Source of the DNA: Octopus vulgaris
Taxonomy: Eukaryota
Length of the DNA: 64,000 bases
Assembly (NCBI GenBank): GCA_951406725.2
Contig: OX597822.1
Location: 108,314,001-108,378,000 of the forward strand
Direction: 5' to 3'
The notes below the pieces were generated by a model, which had not been told where the DNA came from, searched no databases, and saw only the letters and a program-made list of their open reading frames with translations. The translations under genes were made by a program, and so were the position numbers. Shown piece after piece: positions 40,110 through 54,176 of this stretch. Numbering within the stretch: position 1 is the stretch's first letter; every line of letters begins with the position of its first letter.

Positions 40110-41449
40110 CTATATATATTCAATATCTTCGCAGAAGAGTTAATTGGAGTCTTTTTTCAAGGAAACAGCAAATCATTTTAGATGTATAGTCATGGAAAAT
40201 TTGGCGTGTGGTAGGTCTGTCATTGGTGCATTTTGATTCGGTGCAGTAAAAGTAATTTGTATGTAGGGAAACCTGGTTATGTAATAAGCATGGATTTAGT
40301 AACAATAGGTCTTAGGAAAATGCGCTGGATTTGATTCACTTTGACTCCTACAAACATCGATTAAAAGAGAAATAAATATGTTAGAAGATTATTTTAATAT
40401 ATATATATATAACTCCACATTGAATAAAATAATTCTGGTTGTCATTCCATTAGTTAGCCCGTCGGCAACACTTTGACGTTAGTAAAAAGGGGGGATAAAG
40501 AAGGGAGGGGGACATAAAAAGACGGAAAGAGCAAAGGAGGGAGAGAGAAAAATGGGGAGAGAGAAAAGGAGGGAGAAGGAAAAAGGATAGAGAAAAAGAG
40601 GATAAGGGGAAGTGTGAGACAGAAAGAGGGAGTAAGAAAAAGAGCGAAAGAATAAAAGACGGAATGAGAAAATGAGGGAGAGTGAAGCGTCCATGACGTG
40701 AGATTGAGGGAATGTCGTATTTATTACGTTGTTAAAAGCGCAAGTTGAAGGTATTGATTGATATAGACGAGGATAGTAAAACATATACGTTTGTCATGGG
40801 GATGATGTTCTGATGTTCAGGTTAAAGGCACAGAGAGAGGGAGAGAGAGAGAGTGAGATAGGGGAGGGAGAGGAGGCAGAGAGAAAGAGGGAGAGAGAGA
40901 TGATGATGGCGGTGCTGGTAGTGGTGGTGAAAAAGAAGGTGGGGTTGGTGGTGACGGTGGTTAGTAAATAGTTAAAAATGTATTTGTTTTTAATTGCACT
41001 ATTTTTTTTTTTTTGAGTAATCACTTAAAGCATGCGAATAAGTGCAATTCGCATGCTTATTCACGCTTATTTACGGGGCAGATAAGTGCAATTTAACTAA
41101 AGGTTGTATCATATGTACGGCGATATTTTGTTTTGCTTATGGGGAAAATAGAAAAACAAAAGTGAATATTTATTTTGAGTACTGTGTATTATTAATTCTA
41201 TAAAATTGTGCATAAAGCATATAATGTGTATATATAAAGTGCAATGACTAATCAACATATTCCAATTTCTTTCAGTTATCAATGAGTTGCAGTTGAGTGA
41301 CTGACTTTTCATACAGACAAAACACAAGCTACGCTTTCAGGATGTTCGGATAAAGCTTTTAAACATAAACCAATAGGTTTGCCATTAATTCCGTGAAATA
41401 TTCACGGCTCCCACTAACAAAGTATAAATTTCAGAAACTATGTCCGATA

Positions 41450-41844
41450 TCTTTATATATAAAAGTGAGGTTGTGAGCTGTCTGTCTCCTACGATTTAGA
41501 TTCCTAACTACTCCCACATTTTGCGGTGCAGTTTAACCAAAACCGGGTATCTTATAGTCGTGATTCATATCGAGCCCTTCTGGGTATTAGCGCGCGTCTA
41601 CGATGAGTCTACGATTTAAAAAAAATAATTACCATCAAGTTTTCCCATTTTTAATGCATTTTTGGCATATATAAGGGAAGTAACTCTCTAAAAATTTATT
41701 AAATCGCAGAACGTAAAAAAGCTACAGTAACACCCCCCCTTTGTGGTTAGCCATATTGAGATGGCTATTATACTTTACATCTCTAAAAGTGCTTATATAG
41801 TTATTTCCCTTACAAACCCGAGCAACGCCGGGCGATACTGCTAG
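41450..41844 (+). mobile_element. Non-autonomous Helitron (395 bp)
   Basis: A|TCTTTATATATAAAAG ... cccgagcaacgccggg hairpin-cgatactg-CTAG|T, with no TSD. A second copy is at 4951-5253. Confidence 0.85.
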
Positions 41845-42653
41845 TCTCATATACAACATTAAGTTAGCACATCATCTTGAAAGATGGAGGAAACATGTTT
41901 CTTCATAAATACTACTAAATAATTAAAGTACATTTAGCAGTTAGTAAAATATAGTGGTACATTATTGAGCGTTAGTAATTTTATCCTATGAAACAAAACA
42001 GTGACAGAAAAATTTAAAGAAGTACATGTGCACGAGTGTTCAAACAAACAAAGATTCTTTCAGAGATTAATGTGTTCTAATTACGGTGAATAGATTCTAA
42101 AAGTGCATGTTATTAAAGCTTATAGAAGTTGGCTGCGGCGAAATTCCAATATGAATTCAGCACTAAATAAAACAAAAATTTAAAAAATGAACTTATGGCC
42201 ATGAAGATAGGCTGATATTATTAGATGGATAATAGATGTAATTTGCTAAACATTTAACATAATTAATACATTCTAATTTTCTGCTCTCTATATTCTTATG
42301 CAGAAAAAGATTTGAAAATGATGCTGTGATGTGATATTTATGTTATTTGCGTTTAAACAATTATTTAAATTGACTTATTTGAAATGGTTGAAGATGAAAT
42401 TGAAAGGAAAAGATAAAATTGAACAATAGAATTTATAACTATTATGAAAAATATTCTCCTCAACTAATTTAAAATTGAATTGGAGTAAATATCTAAATAG
42501 TTATCCACAATTAAGACGCAATTTCAATTTGACAATGATAAAATGTCTACACTCTACTGGGATATTTTTGGTTTTCTTTCATTACGATTTTGAATCAGTT
42601 ATTTGTAGCTGACTGAATTACTGACTTCATTTCGATTGCTTTTGAACATACGT

Positions 42654-42687
<34 letters not shown>

Positions 42688-45139
42688 TACACACACACAT
42701 ACACACGTATACATACACACACATACATATATATATGCTTCGTTCTCTGCCGGTTACGGTGACGAGTATTCTGGCTTTCAATTCCGTAGTCATGCGTACA
42801 GACACACACGCACGCGCACACACACACATACACCATAGGCGGACAGGCGGCAGAATCGCAACAGCACTGGACATAATGCTTAGCTACATTGTTTTCAGCT
42901 GTATACATTCTGACTATAAATATCGCGGAGGGCAGCCGTGCATTCCACGTTTTCTGGTTCGGTAAGACAAGTGCTTGGCTTGAGGCAATCGACTTTCTAA
43001 TTTATTCAGGTTTGCAGATCTTGTGCCCAAATTAGAAATAATAATTCTTGCTATGTATGCAGTAGTTCAATGCCTGTTTCCTATACGTCGCACACTGAGT
43101 GTAAATTGTTCTATTTTATGGACTGATAGTTACATAGATTATCACAATATAATGAGTACTGGGTGAGTTGTAAAATTAATTGAATTTGGTATGCTTATGA
43201 TGTTTCGGTGGGATCAGTATTCCAGCCGCTTTATACAGTATATTAGTTGTGGACTCACAATGAAATCCTGTATTCGATATCAGTCTGTGACAGATTAGCA
43301 AATAAACATTTATCTTAGCAACTGGTCGACCAAACCTCCCATTCGATCCATCACCAAATTACCGCGGAAACTTTCGGAGCGTCATGAACTAATATAGAAT
43401 TTTTATCCCAGCAACGTTTTTTAACGTTCTATTTTCTGTTCTATTTCATCATATATTAAGTTCTAGTTCTAGTGCTAAATTTCTTTTATCTCGTGCTCCA
43501 GTGCTCTACTAGTTTTGTTAAATACTCCAGGGTCTGATTTGATCAGGGTGTTCCTTCATCTGGTGAATCACATCGGAGGGACTTCAGTCACTGTCCCTGA
43601 TAAAGAGATGGAGACCGTTTACTTCGTTCTTTTCGCTTCGTTGAATAGATTATTCAGGACAGCCTATTTGTCATGAGCCGTCTTTCGTATTTAATCTCAA
43701 CACATCAGATCGTATGTCTCGTGGATGTACTGTGATAGAAGCAATGGACATGTCTTTCGAACCAGCCATCTCAGGGAATATGAAGCGAAATTTACCAAAA
43801 CTGTGCATCAATGATCGATATGGTTGAGTCCTTCACTGTATTGAGTGCAGAGTCTGCACTTGAGAGACGGTTACTTATTCATTAATTAGTTCCTAAATCT
43901 TAGCTGGTAAATGTGACATGCCCTTACATTGGCCATAGGTTAAATGGTTTTCTCTATGTTTCTCTTGTATATTTTGGAATTCATTTTATATTATTTTTTA
44001 GAATTCAAATGTTGCTTTTTTGTTCTTTACCTTATCTAATTCATTTACTTCAGTGCACTTAGGTTTTCGTTTATAAACTGTTTAATTCTTCCCTTCAATA
44101 CGCTAATTTTCATTTTCCTGATTGTTTCCCATTATTTAACTAATCTTTTTTACACTTTTCTAGATTTTCTAACTGTATTACGCGAATCACTTCACACATT
44201 TTGTGCTTGTTTTCCACTAATAAAATTCTCCTCTTTCATTTTTTTTTGCTTCTGTTTCTTTGTTACACTAACCAGTTCCACTGTTCACCTTGTGACCCTT
44301 TATTAAACTAACCAAATTCTTTTTCCGGCTTGTGATCTGTCATTAACCATATCAATTAACGTTTTCTTGCTTGTGCGTCATTATGTACTAACTGTCTAAA
44401 CAGATCTTCCCGCTTTTTCCTATCCTTCTTTTCCCCCACTTTTTGTACATTACTTTCTTTACATCTTGTTCTTTTTCCTTTACTCCTCCCTTCAAATTTT
44501 CTTTACTTCTCCCCTTCGATACTACTACTACAATTTAACTTCCTCATTTCTTCTTCATTCGCCACCCATTCTCCTCCTCTACTTCACATTCCTTCATCGT
44601 ATACATACTAGCCTTTTTTATGTGGGTGACCTTATCTGTCCAATTAATGTGTAAAATTCGTTGGTGACAATGGATGTGAAAAGGACTCTAGTTCCATCAC
44701 TGTATGGTGGTAATAGGTCCAGCATTCGCTGCAATACAATATTAAGAGGACAACGGCGCGATAGACTGCAATCTTAGTGGCAAGTCTAAGATTTCTGTTT
44801 AAAAATCACTCGTTCTCGGATGCGTTCAAATGAGGGAGAGGCGAGTCTGATCCGTCGTAGGGTGCGAGTGGCGAGTCTGATCCATCGTAGGGTGCCAACG
44901 ACATTATGGACAACTTCCCTTGTCATTTGTGTTCAAGGACATGCCATTCCAGGATCGGAGTGTTCTCACATTGATCAAGTCACAAAATGTAAGGTAAGAC
45001 TCCTAGAGGACAATATCGAAGTCAACATTGACGGACAGCTAAAAGCAAGAAGTAAGCAAGTAATATACTAACATACAAAAGCGTATAATCGTAATAAATA
45101 AAATATTTTAAACTTATAAAGTTGACGTAAACATCGATT

Positions 45140-45435
45140 TATCGGTTGTTAAGTGATGATGGTGGAGAGACACACAAACGCACACACGCGAACACACACA
45201 CACACACATTCACGCACACACACGCACATACACACACACTCACACACACACATACACATATATATATATATACGACAGGCTACGTTCTGTTTCAGTCTAC
45301 CAAATCGACTCACAAGGTGCTTTGGTCAGCCCGAGGCTATAGCGGAATACACTTGCCCAAGGTGCCACGCAATGGGACTGAACCTAGAACTATGTGGTTC
45401 GGTAAGCAAGCTACTTACCACAAAGCCACTCCGCA
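45140..45435 (-). mobile_element. tRNA-derived SINE (family 1)
   Basis: cacttgcccaaggtgccacgcaatgggactgaacc...gctacttaccacaaagccactcc. Confidence 0.82.
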
Positions 45436-45576
45436 TAAAATTTGAAAACTTAGTACTTATATAATCAGCTTCTGTTACCGAACCGCTAAATTACGGGTAC
45501 GTAAACGCACAAACATCGGCTGTGAAGCAGTGGTGCAGATAAAATACTGCAAACACACAAACACACACACAGACAT

Positions 45577-46091
45577 GATTGATTGATTGATTGATTGATT
45601 CTAGTTTCAGCTTGTGAGCTGTGGCCATGCTGGGGCACCGCCATTTGGTGTTGCTACTTGGTTTCACTTCATGGAGGCTTTCTAGCAACTGCTATTTGGT
45701 GCATGAGAGAGTTCGATGCAGCTGCCCTCATCTGCCCCTCCTGCCGTGAAGTTGGTTCATCTGGGACACCTGACAGGAAGAGATCCAGCTTCATTTTAAA
45801 GACATCTGTATCCACCCCATGCAGGTCTCTCAGGTTCTTCGGGAGGATATTGAAGAGCTGTGGGCCTCGGAAGCCCAGGCTATCACAGAATCTTGTCCTA
45901 CATCTTGATGGCAGGTTTGGAGTCCTAGGCACCACGCAGTGGCGCCCAGTTCTGGCATTTGCGTAACTCTCGATGCCAAAGTTCAGGACACTTCCCTCCA
46001 GGATCTTCCAGATGTATATTATGGCATATCTTTCCCACCTACGCTCCAGGGAATATAATTTTAATCTCTTGAGTCTTTCCCAGTAGCTTAC
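45577..46091 (-). mobile_element. 5'-truncated CR1-type LINE (ORF2 C-terminus, 3' UTR, (ATCA)n tail)
   Basis: SYWERLKRLKLYSLERRWERYAIIYIWKILEG...RFCDSLGFRGPQLFNILPKNLR...FKMKLDLFLSGVPDEP shows the Y.ERL..L.L.SLE.RR and FK..LD motifs of CR1 ORF2. Confidence 0.88.
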
Positions 46092-46208
46092 ATATGTATG
46101 TATGTATTCATGTTTGCATGTATGTATGTATGTATGTATGTATCTATCTATCTATCTATTTAGCTGTCTGTTTGTTTATATAATTTCACATATAATTTTG
46201 TTTTATGT

Positions 46209-46800
46209 TAAGTCTATGAACTATATTTGGTATACAGGACAATATAATGGATTTTAAACATAATTATTATGGATTACTACAGAAGACTTGCCAAGGAGGC
46301 ATGCATGAATTTCAAGATTCTCATACTAAAGTCTACTTACCAAAATAAAAAGCAGTAATTTTTAATTTGTATTTCAAACTAACACCATTTTCCCATATCA
46401 CTTCATAACTAAAAAAAAATATATATACCAATCGATAAATTAAACAACTTTCACATTTGATATTTCTGAGGAGGGGAAGAGTTAATGCTTATCAATATAC
46501 CATTCCATTATTCTATATTATCTAAGTCTATGAACTATATTTGGAATAGAGGACAATATAATGGATTTTACACATAACTATTATGTATTGTTACTTACCA
46601 ACGAAGCATATATGGATTTAAAGACTCTCATACTAAATTATACTTACCAAAATCAAAAACAGTAATTTTTAATATTAAATTCATATTTCAAACAATCATC
46701 ATTTCCCCATATTACTACATATCTTTAAAAAAAATACCATTTGATAAATTATACAAATTTCACATTTTATATCTCTGAAGGGCAGAAGAGTTGTCTATAA
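46209..46800 (+). repeat. Diverged 314-bp tandem duplication (PLE pseudo-LTR-like)
   Basis: taagtctatgaactatatttgg occurs at 46209 and 46523. The units end near tctgaggaggggaagagtt and tctgaagggcagaagagtt. Confidence 0.75.
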
Positions 46801-47249
46801 ATGCCCCATCTGATTAGCATTTATTCTGCAGTCTTTAACATCATTTAGACGGAAAAAATAGGAATTCTATAGACTGGATCAGAACAGTACTGGAGGAGTA
46901 TTTTTCGTCACGGGCAAGGGAATTTTTGAAGAGGGACCTTGCAAGTATACCAGATAGATGAAGAGTATTGTAGAAAACGGAGAGTATATTTAGGATTAAA
47001 AAAGTAATCTGTTTATCATAATTTTGGAACATAAAAGAAGTATAAGCAAACCGCGTTATTCTGGGGATGACCCAATATATATTGTTGCTATTTTGCAAAA
47101 GCGTGGTAAGTTCAAACGTTGCTTTTTCGGAAAATTAAAACTGAAGATACAATAGTTTGACCAAAAGAAACGGGCATTGCAGGCAACAATAACTATTAAA
47201 AAAAAACACATTTGGCCAAATTTGGACATACGAGAGTTTAACATAATAG

Positions 47250-47321
<72 letters not shown>

Positions 47322-47531
47322 TTGTGTGTGTGCTTTTATCTATACAGCTGTCTGTAGCCATACAAGTTTTCGATTTTATCAAATACAATTTCAACATTAA
47401 GTTAAAAGCTGTTTTACTGATATTATTTATTCAACTATGTCCAATTAAATAGAAAAAAGTCTAAAGAGAATCAAACGGATATATATGAGATTGTTGGTCG
47501 GGAGTATTTGTTTTAGAGCAGTGTTTGCGTG

Positions 47532-47570
<39 letters not shown>

Positions 47571-47620
47571 ATACATACATACATATAAGTATGCCTTTAT
47601 ATACATACATATATACGTAT

Positions 47621-47664
<44 letters not shown>

Positions 47665-50600
47665 GGTGTCGAGGGAGATAGGTAGGGTGTGGTGAGTTTG
47701 CAGGAGAGTGATGGAATGGCTTCGACTGAAATATATTGACAGCAAAATTCATGACCGAACATATTTGATGTTTAGTATTGTAGACACTTGTAATTATCAC
47801 CTGTGAGGTCATTGCCCTTCTTCAGGATGTAGGGGAAAACTGTGAAGAGATGAAGAAAGTAATGGATAAACTACACAAAATTTAATGCCAACTTAATGAT
47901 CACTCTTGATTGTCTATATGTATATGGTAGCTTTGTGTTATTTTGTTCATCAATGCGATGTTTCCTTATTTGAGTGTGTTTAAATATATACATGGCTGAG
48001 TCAAACGGTATGCAATATATTGCTAAAATCTGCTTTATTCGTCAATTTACAACAAACCGAGTCTGGCATTCAAAGAAAAAGTCACCGCGGGCATCATCTG
48101 AAGTCACTTGCGTGCTAGTTCTCACGCTGATACCATTTATTGTACATCGAGGTGAAGCACTCCATTATTCTCGCTTCCTGTTGGTTGATAAACCGTTGCA
48201 AGCGCTGAAAGTGAGACATAGACCGGAACATTTACAAATCCGAGCAAACAAGGTCTTTGACCGTATCTAAAGGAACTATGGCTTGGCTATATTTTGAAAT
48301 ATTATAAACAACATTTCAGTTTCCATTGAATTATATTGTTACTCCAGCGATTTTTACATTTAGATCAAGTCAATGTTCATTTCATGGAAACTAGTAACAT
48401 CCACCCATCACTTTTATTATTCTTGTTGTTACTGGTGGCAGTGGTACCTGTTGTAATTGCAGTAATACTTAATATTATTGTCACCATCATTATACTTGTC
48501 ACCGTTATTATAACCTTCCGTTAAGGACGGGTTTATATTTATCATTGAAATTCTCTTCTCTGACATTTCTTACAATTTCAGTTGGGTTGTGTGGTTTGTA
48601 GAAGGGGGATATTATAAACTTTTCTGACCACATGTTAACAAATGGTTACCTAAAGGTAGTAAGTCCCTAATTTGTCGGTGCATATGTGAAAGTTGCAATA
48701 ATGCATTCCCAGTCCGAGAAACGTATACGTCTTCACACTTTGGGCATTTTAATGCAGTAACTTAGATGTCTGCTTTGAAATTCATATTTGCCTTTGTAAA
48801 TATTCTTCCGGCTACTGTGCTCATATATTTCCGGTGTGTATGAACTGACATGTACCTCATCAAATATGATTGCATTTAAAAACAATGAAGGATCCATCAT
48901 TTTTAATAATTGTTTGAGGTTCTTCAACTGTCTTGTACTTAGAATCATAGCCCGATCCGTTATTGTATCCTTTAGTTCAGTATTTTGAGCAATGATCCGA
49001 CAGTCTGCTTTGGCAATGCTTAATATATTTTGGTGACACGGATTTGTGTGTCACTATAAATATTTTTGCTTTCCTCTATAATACTATAATAAAATATCAC
49101 TTACACCCCTCTCCATCCTACTTAGAACCAGTCTAACATACTCCTATCTCACCTGGGTCGCTAGCCTTATATATCATATCACATACGTTCAAGAACTATA
49201 TTCTTAACTTCAGTTGTCAATTCCTAATTGTCAAATTTAATATTCCTTTAACTAAATTAAAGCAGTAACTGAGGTCACATGAATTGTAATAACAAAATAA
49301 ACAGATGTGTTTCAAGAGTATAGCCGTCAAGTTGCAATCAATACATTCTGAGTTCAGCTTGTAAGTACGCGTCGTATCTTTTAATATAGTTCGTCCGCTC
49401 TTTCCAAAGATATTGAAGTGTAATTCCTTTGTTTATACACAGGCCCTTACATTCACAGTCACGCACATACGTGTGTGCGTACTCGCACGCGCGTCTATCT
49501 CCTTGTATTTGTGTATGTGTATAACTCTATATAGACATAGAAATACATATTCACACGCCTATACATGGATATTACGCGTACATGTATATTGGTGTGTGGT
49601 TTTCCATTTCTGATAACTTGAAACTTGTTTCATTATACATAACAACGCAAACACCCACGTATTGCATGCGAACAATGGTCTTCACCATGGTGAAAGTACG
49701 TAACTCAATTTATTTCAATATATTGCTCTCGTCATATATATTTAGGCTTATGAATTTTAATTTTACTTCTAGCTTGCCACTTTCACCAGTAACCAATGGT
49801 AAATGAAACCAGCGATTGAATTCTCAGCCACAGATTTAAACCACAAAATTACTTTAATTTCATTCGAATATTCAATATTTTTTCTTTTTCTTTTTCATAT
49901 CTTAAGACTAGTTTCAGAACGAATAAGAGTTATTGATAATATTGCTTTTCCTGAAAGAGATTTCTTTTGTTTTCCTTTGTACAAACAAATATATTTTTCT
50001 TCGAGTTAACATATTTTCCATTTTAGTTTAAATTAAGTCTTTCGTTATCTTAATTTCCCGTTACAGTCTTTGAAAATTATGAATTAAACAAAAATATTAT
50101 TTCAAGTGATATATGTTTACCACATACTGTTTCTTTTACGACGCATAATACTGAAATATACGTTAGACTTTCAAATGTTTCTAACTATGTAATTCATAAA
50201 TCTAAAATTGAGAGATAACTCTGTTTCAGTTATGTTACTAAATCATAATTACAAATCACAATTATTTAAATTTCATTATTTATATTTTAAAACCTCAGGC
50301 ATATACTCAGATGCAGCTAACTTGTACTGTCCTATAGGCAATGATAAATCAAATGCGTTTTCGTATTTGAAGCTTTAATTGATAGTTCAAACGAATTACT
50401 TGCGGAAAGTGCTAATTCATCATAGTATATTCTCAGATGTTCTATTATCTGTTGCCATCATTGGACCAAAAGTTCAAATCTACGGTCATATGCTGTGGCT
50501 GGTTTAGATTCAAAGAAACTCTACACCGATATCCAACCCAATCCATATTGTTGGACGTCCGTACGTGCATGATATGATCCATAGCGCAGGAAATAGTGGT

Positions 50601-51312
50601 AATTTAATGATGTAAGACCTGGCGGGTAGGCAGAGAGAGGTAGCACTTCCAATACCATTATTTTCCCAAGATTGAACTCGGTCATATTGGTAGTGTGTGC
50701 TGAGGCATTGACGTGCTATATGAGTGGGCATCTTTGGGCAATGATATGTAGCGACCTTTCAGATCATAATATAGTCGCTCTTGTTGTAGAGCTAAAAGGT
50801 TAACTTTCACAGCATTACTCCCTGGGACAAGCAGAAATTGCAAAACCCAATCTAAATTAAGTTTGAGGTAGAAGTATTTTATTACATCATAGCATAAAAA
50901 CAAACTTTTATATAAGGGCTCTGTTACAACGTGAGTAGTTTTACAACAATAATTTAAAATAAAACAAGGAAACATGCAGTAACATGCAATACACAGCAGT
51001 TTGGAAAACATACTAACACTAGTTAAGACGTATTACCTGAAACGAATACTCCAAAAAACCGAAATTGTTTTCAACATGATTCACTATGAAAAAGCCATTG
51101 TAAAAGAAAGAGTTCCAGAACCCAGTTGAGATATTCTTACAGAGTGATACACACAATTGACAGAAATGATGTGTAATATACTTTTGTTTATTTATTATAG
51201 GCTTACTGCTGTTTCAAATATGCGCATAACTGAGGAAGTAGTTGTAAGCCTATAATAATTGAATGTATATAACCCGTTATTAAAAACAATATATAATATA
51301 ATACTATATATA

Positions 51313-51404
<92 letters not shown>

Positions 51405-51405
<1 letters not shown>

Positions 51406-51828
51406 AAAGGCTTAGTAAAATAAATTACTTTGCCGCATACTGAACTCATTAGAAATAGCAGCCAAAAAAAACTTTTTTAAAAACTATTTCCAATACTTAA
51501 AGAAAACCTCTCTCATATAGTGTTTGCTCAATTCAACTCTCTCATATAGTGTTTGCTCAATTCAACTCACAATTCAACTCACTTTGTGAGTTGAATTGAG
51601 CAAACACTATATGAGAGAGGTTTTCTTTAAGTATTGGAAATAGTTTTTAAAAAAAGTTTTTTTTGGCTGCTATTTCTAATGAGTTCAGTATGCGGCAAAG
51701 TAATTTATTTTACTAAGCCCTTTTATATAATGTAATAATTTGAATTTGCCTTAAATGGTCCCTTTGTATACTGAATACTTGGTGAAATTGATTAATTAAT
51801 TAATTTTACCCTCAATTGTTGAAATTAT
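51405..51828. mobile_element. Palindromic copy of the 560-bp family terminus, inserted in (TA)n
   Basis: Arms are homologous to 20541-20786, with a centre near 51583 and local stutter duplications (ctctcatatagtgtttgctcaattcaact x2, caattcaactcac x2). Confidence 0.85.
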
Positions 51829-51895
51829 ATATATATATATATATATATATGGTGGCTGCCATAATATAATACTATATATATATATATATATATAT

Positions 51896-52442
51896 GGTGG
51901 CTGCCTCCTCGTTATCGAGTATGGCCATTGCACGAAGCTTAATCAATGTTGTTATCGTGCAATGCCTGTGCAAGAAGATTTTTTTATAAAGTGAGGAAAG
52001 GCGGGGCACTGAGTCAATCCCACTCACTAAGCAACAGCAGCCATAATCCGAAGAGAAGAACAATTCAACATAATCGGTAACCACTGAGCCGCAGCTTTTA
52101 TGTCTGAGTTATCCCAGTTACCTGAGTTACCTTCTCTTAGAAGGATGCTCAAACAAAGCCTAGGAGTCCTTCACTCCCAATGGTTTAACCGCGTGATCGG
52201 TTATTCAGTCCGATTATTTCTATGTCCCCCCGCATGATACATCCTTAAGACATTTATTGGATGGCCGTTGACTCTCAAGAGTTCCTCCACCCTTTGACGG
52301 GTTTTGTTTTTCATTCCGCAGGGTGTCCAATAAACACCTTCCTCACCAAGCAAGCTTGGTGCGGTTGCCGGTTTAGTCGCCGACGACCCGACCGTGCAAC
52401 AGGTTGTACTGGGTTACATGTTACCAGTATCACTCGAAAGTG

Positions 52443-52446
<4 letters not shown>
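51896..52446 (-). mobile_element. GC-richer ~550-bp non-coding interspersed element, possibly RTE-related and non-autonomous
   Basis: Sharp composition shift between microsatellites, with hairpins at both ends (cattgcacga/tcgtgcaatg; tactgg/ccagta; gttgc..cgg/ccg.gcaac). The family assignment is inference. Confidence 0.4.
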
Positions 52447-52525
<79 letters not shown>

Positions 52526-52528
52526 TAT

Positions 52529-52565
<37 letters not shown>

Positions 52566-53990
52566 GGTCATATTCGTTTGGCAAAGCGAGGGGACGAGTT
52601 GCAGAAATGTCATATTCTGTTATGGTATCTTGATTCATTTTTTGAGGGCGTAGACAACTTCGCCAAAATATGAAATATTTCTGGGCAACCAGATATTTAT
52701 TTCGAAACACGTCATAAATTTGTGTATTAAATGGATTTTGATTTATGCACTGATGAATGGAATATTCAATCACTTTTTAGGAGTAAAAAAGTAAAATAAA
52801 ATAGTGTTCTTTAAAAAAATAAATATAAATGAAAATGTTGCAGTACCAGTGACGGAAAATATTAAAATAAAGAAATGTTTGCTTGTGTAAAAAAACTGAG
52901 GAATTATTTTGTGTTTAGGAACCTTTCAGAAAACTTTATTAATTGTGGAAGCTAAGTGTGACTCATATGGCAGTAAAATTCCCCTACTATATCAGAAGGA
53001 AAAGTTCTTCCCGTTTTCTGGTGTCTCCTTATGAGGCTATAAACACATTGGCAGTTATGGAAGAGTTTTATATTTTAAGCGACACCTCAGAAACTGCAAA
53101 ATCTGTTAAATCCCATCAATTGCGTTACATAGTTTGAAGCTGAAAATATTTCGCCAAAATATTTATCATTTTAGTGGCGTTTCAACACTTTGAAAGTAAT
53201 CTCGTATTTAAGTGCTTCAAAAACGCCGGTACGATGATCGGCTATAATTTTATTCAGCAATAACTGCGAGGAAACGGTGGGTATAAACGTATATACTTTC
53301 GTTACGTTTACATTGGCACCCTTAAAAATGTGTAATATATATTGAAACGAAGTTAAATATTTTCCACTAAAGAAGACAAAAACCTCTGTAAATAGAGCAG
53401 TAGGTTTCAAATTAGAATATTTTTATTGGAATGTATGTTTAGTCGTTCCTATCGATTTTTTTTGATGTGTGATATATTAATATTTTCTACAAACATAGTA
53501 TTCATATATAAACACATATATTTATTTATAAATATATACGTACATACGTACGTCCGTACCAACGTACCTACCTTCCTACATACATACATACATACACTTT
53601 TATCATTTTATCATTTTCTTAAACTAAGTTATATTTTGACGTAAAACATTTCAGTAGAATAATAGGAAGTAACAAGCATTATAATGTGTTATTTCGCTGT
53701 TGCTTTGTTCATATAATAACGATATATAACATAATATAATATAGTATAATATATTCATTTATTTATATATCTTTGTGCATCTTTCTGAGTGCCTATGTAT
53801 ATATATATGTACATTATTTGTGCATATACATATACGCATATTCAGGCATATTTATATATATATATATATACCACCAAGTAAGTTAGGCGTTGTGGATCTA
53901 GTTTTGTTAAATAAATACGTCAACATTCTAATATCCTAAAGCTGATAAACCAACTAAATTGTTTCTCCATTTTCTTATTTGTAATATATA

Positions 53991-54042
<52 letters not shown>

Positions 54043-54128
54043 CACATACACACATTATATATATATATATTTATATTTTTACATATATTAATATATATAT
54101 ATATATATGCATATACGCATATTCAGGC

Positions 54129-54176
<48 letters not shown>

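Noticed and set aside
50510-50830. Possible host exon on the minus strand after a ttgtcccag acceptor
   Set aside because: Frames close quickly and there is no recognisable domain. Fragments (TEFNLGKI, GRPTI) look more like a decayed Tc1 N-terminus.
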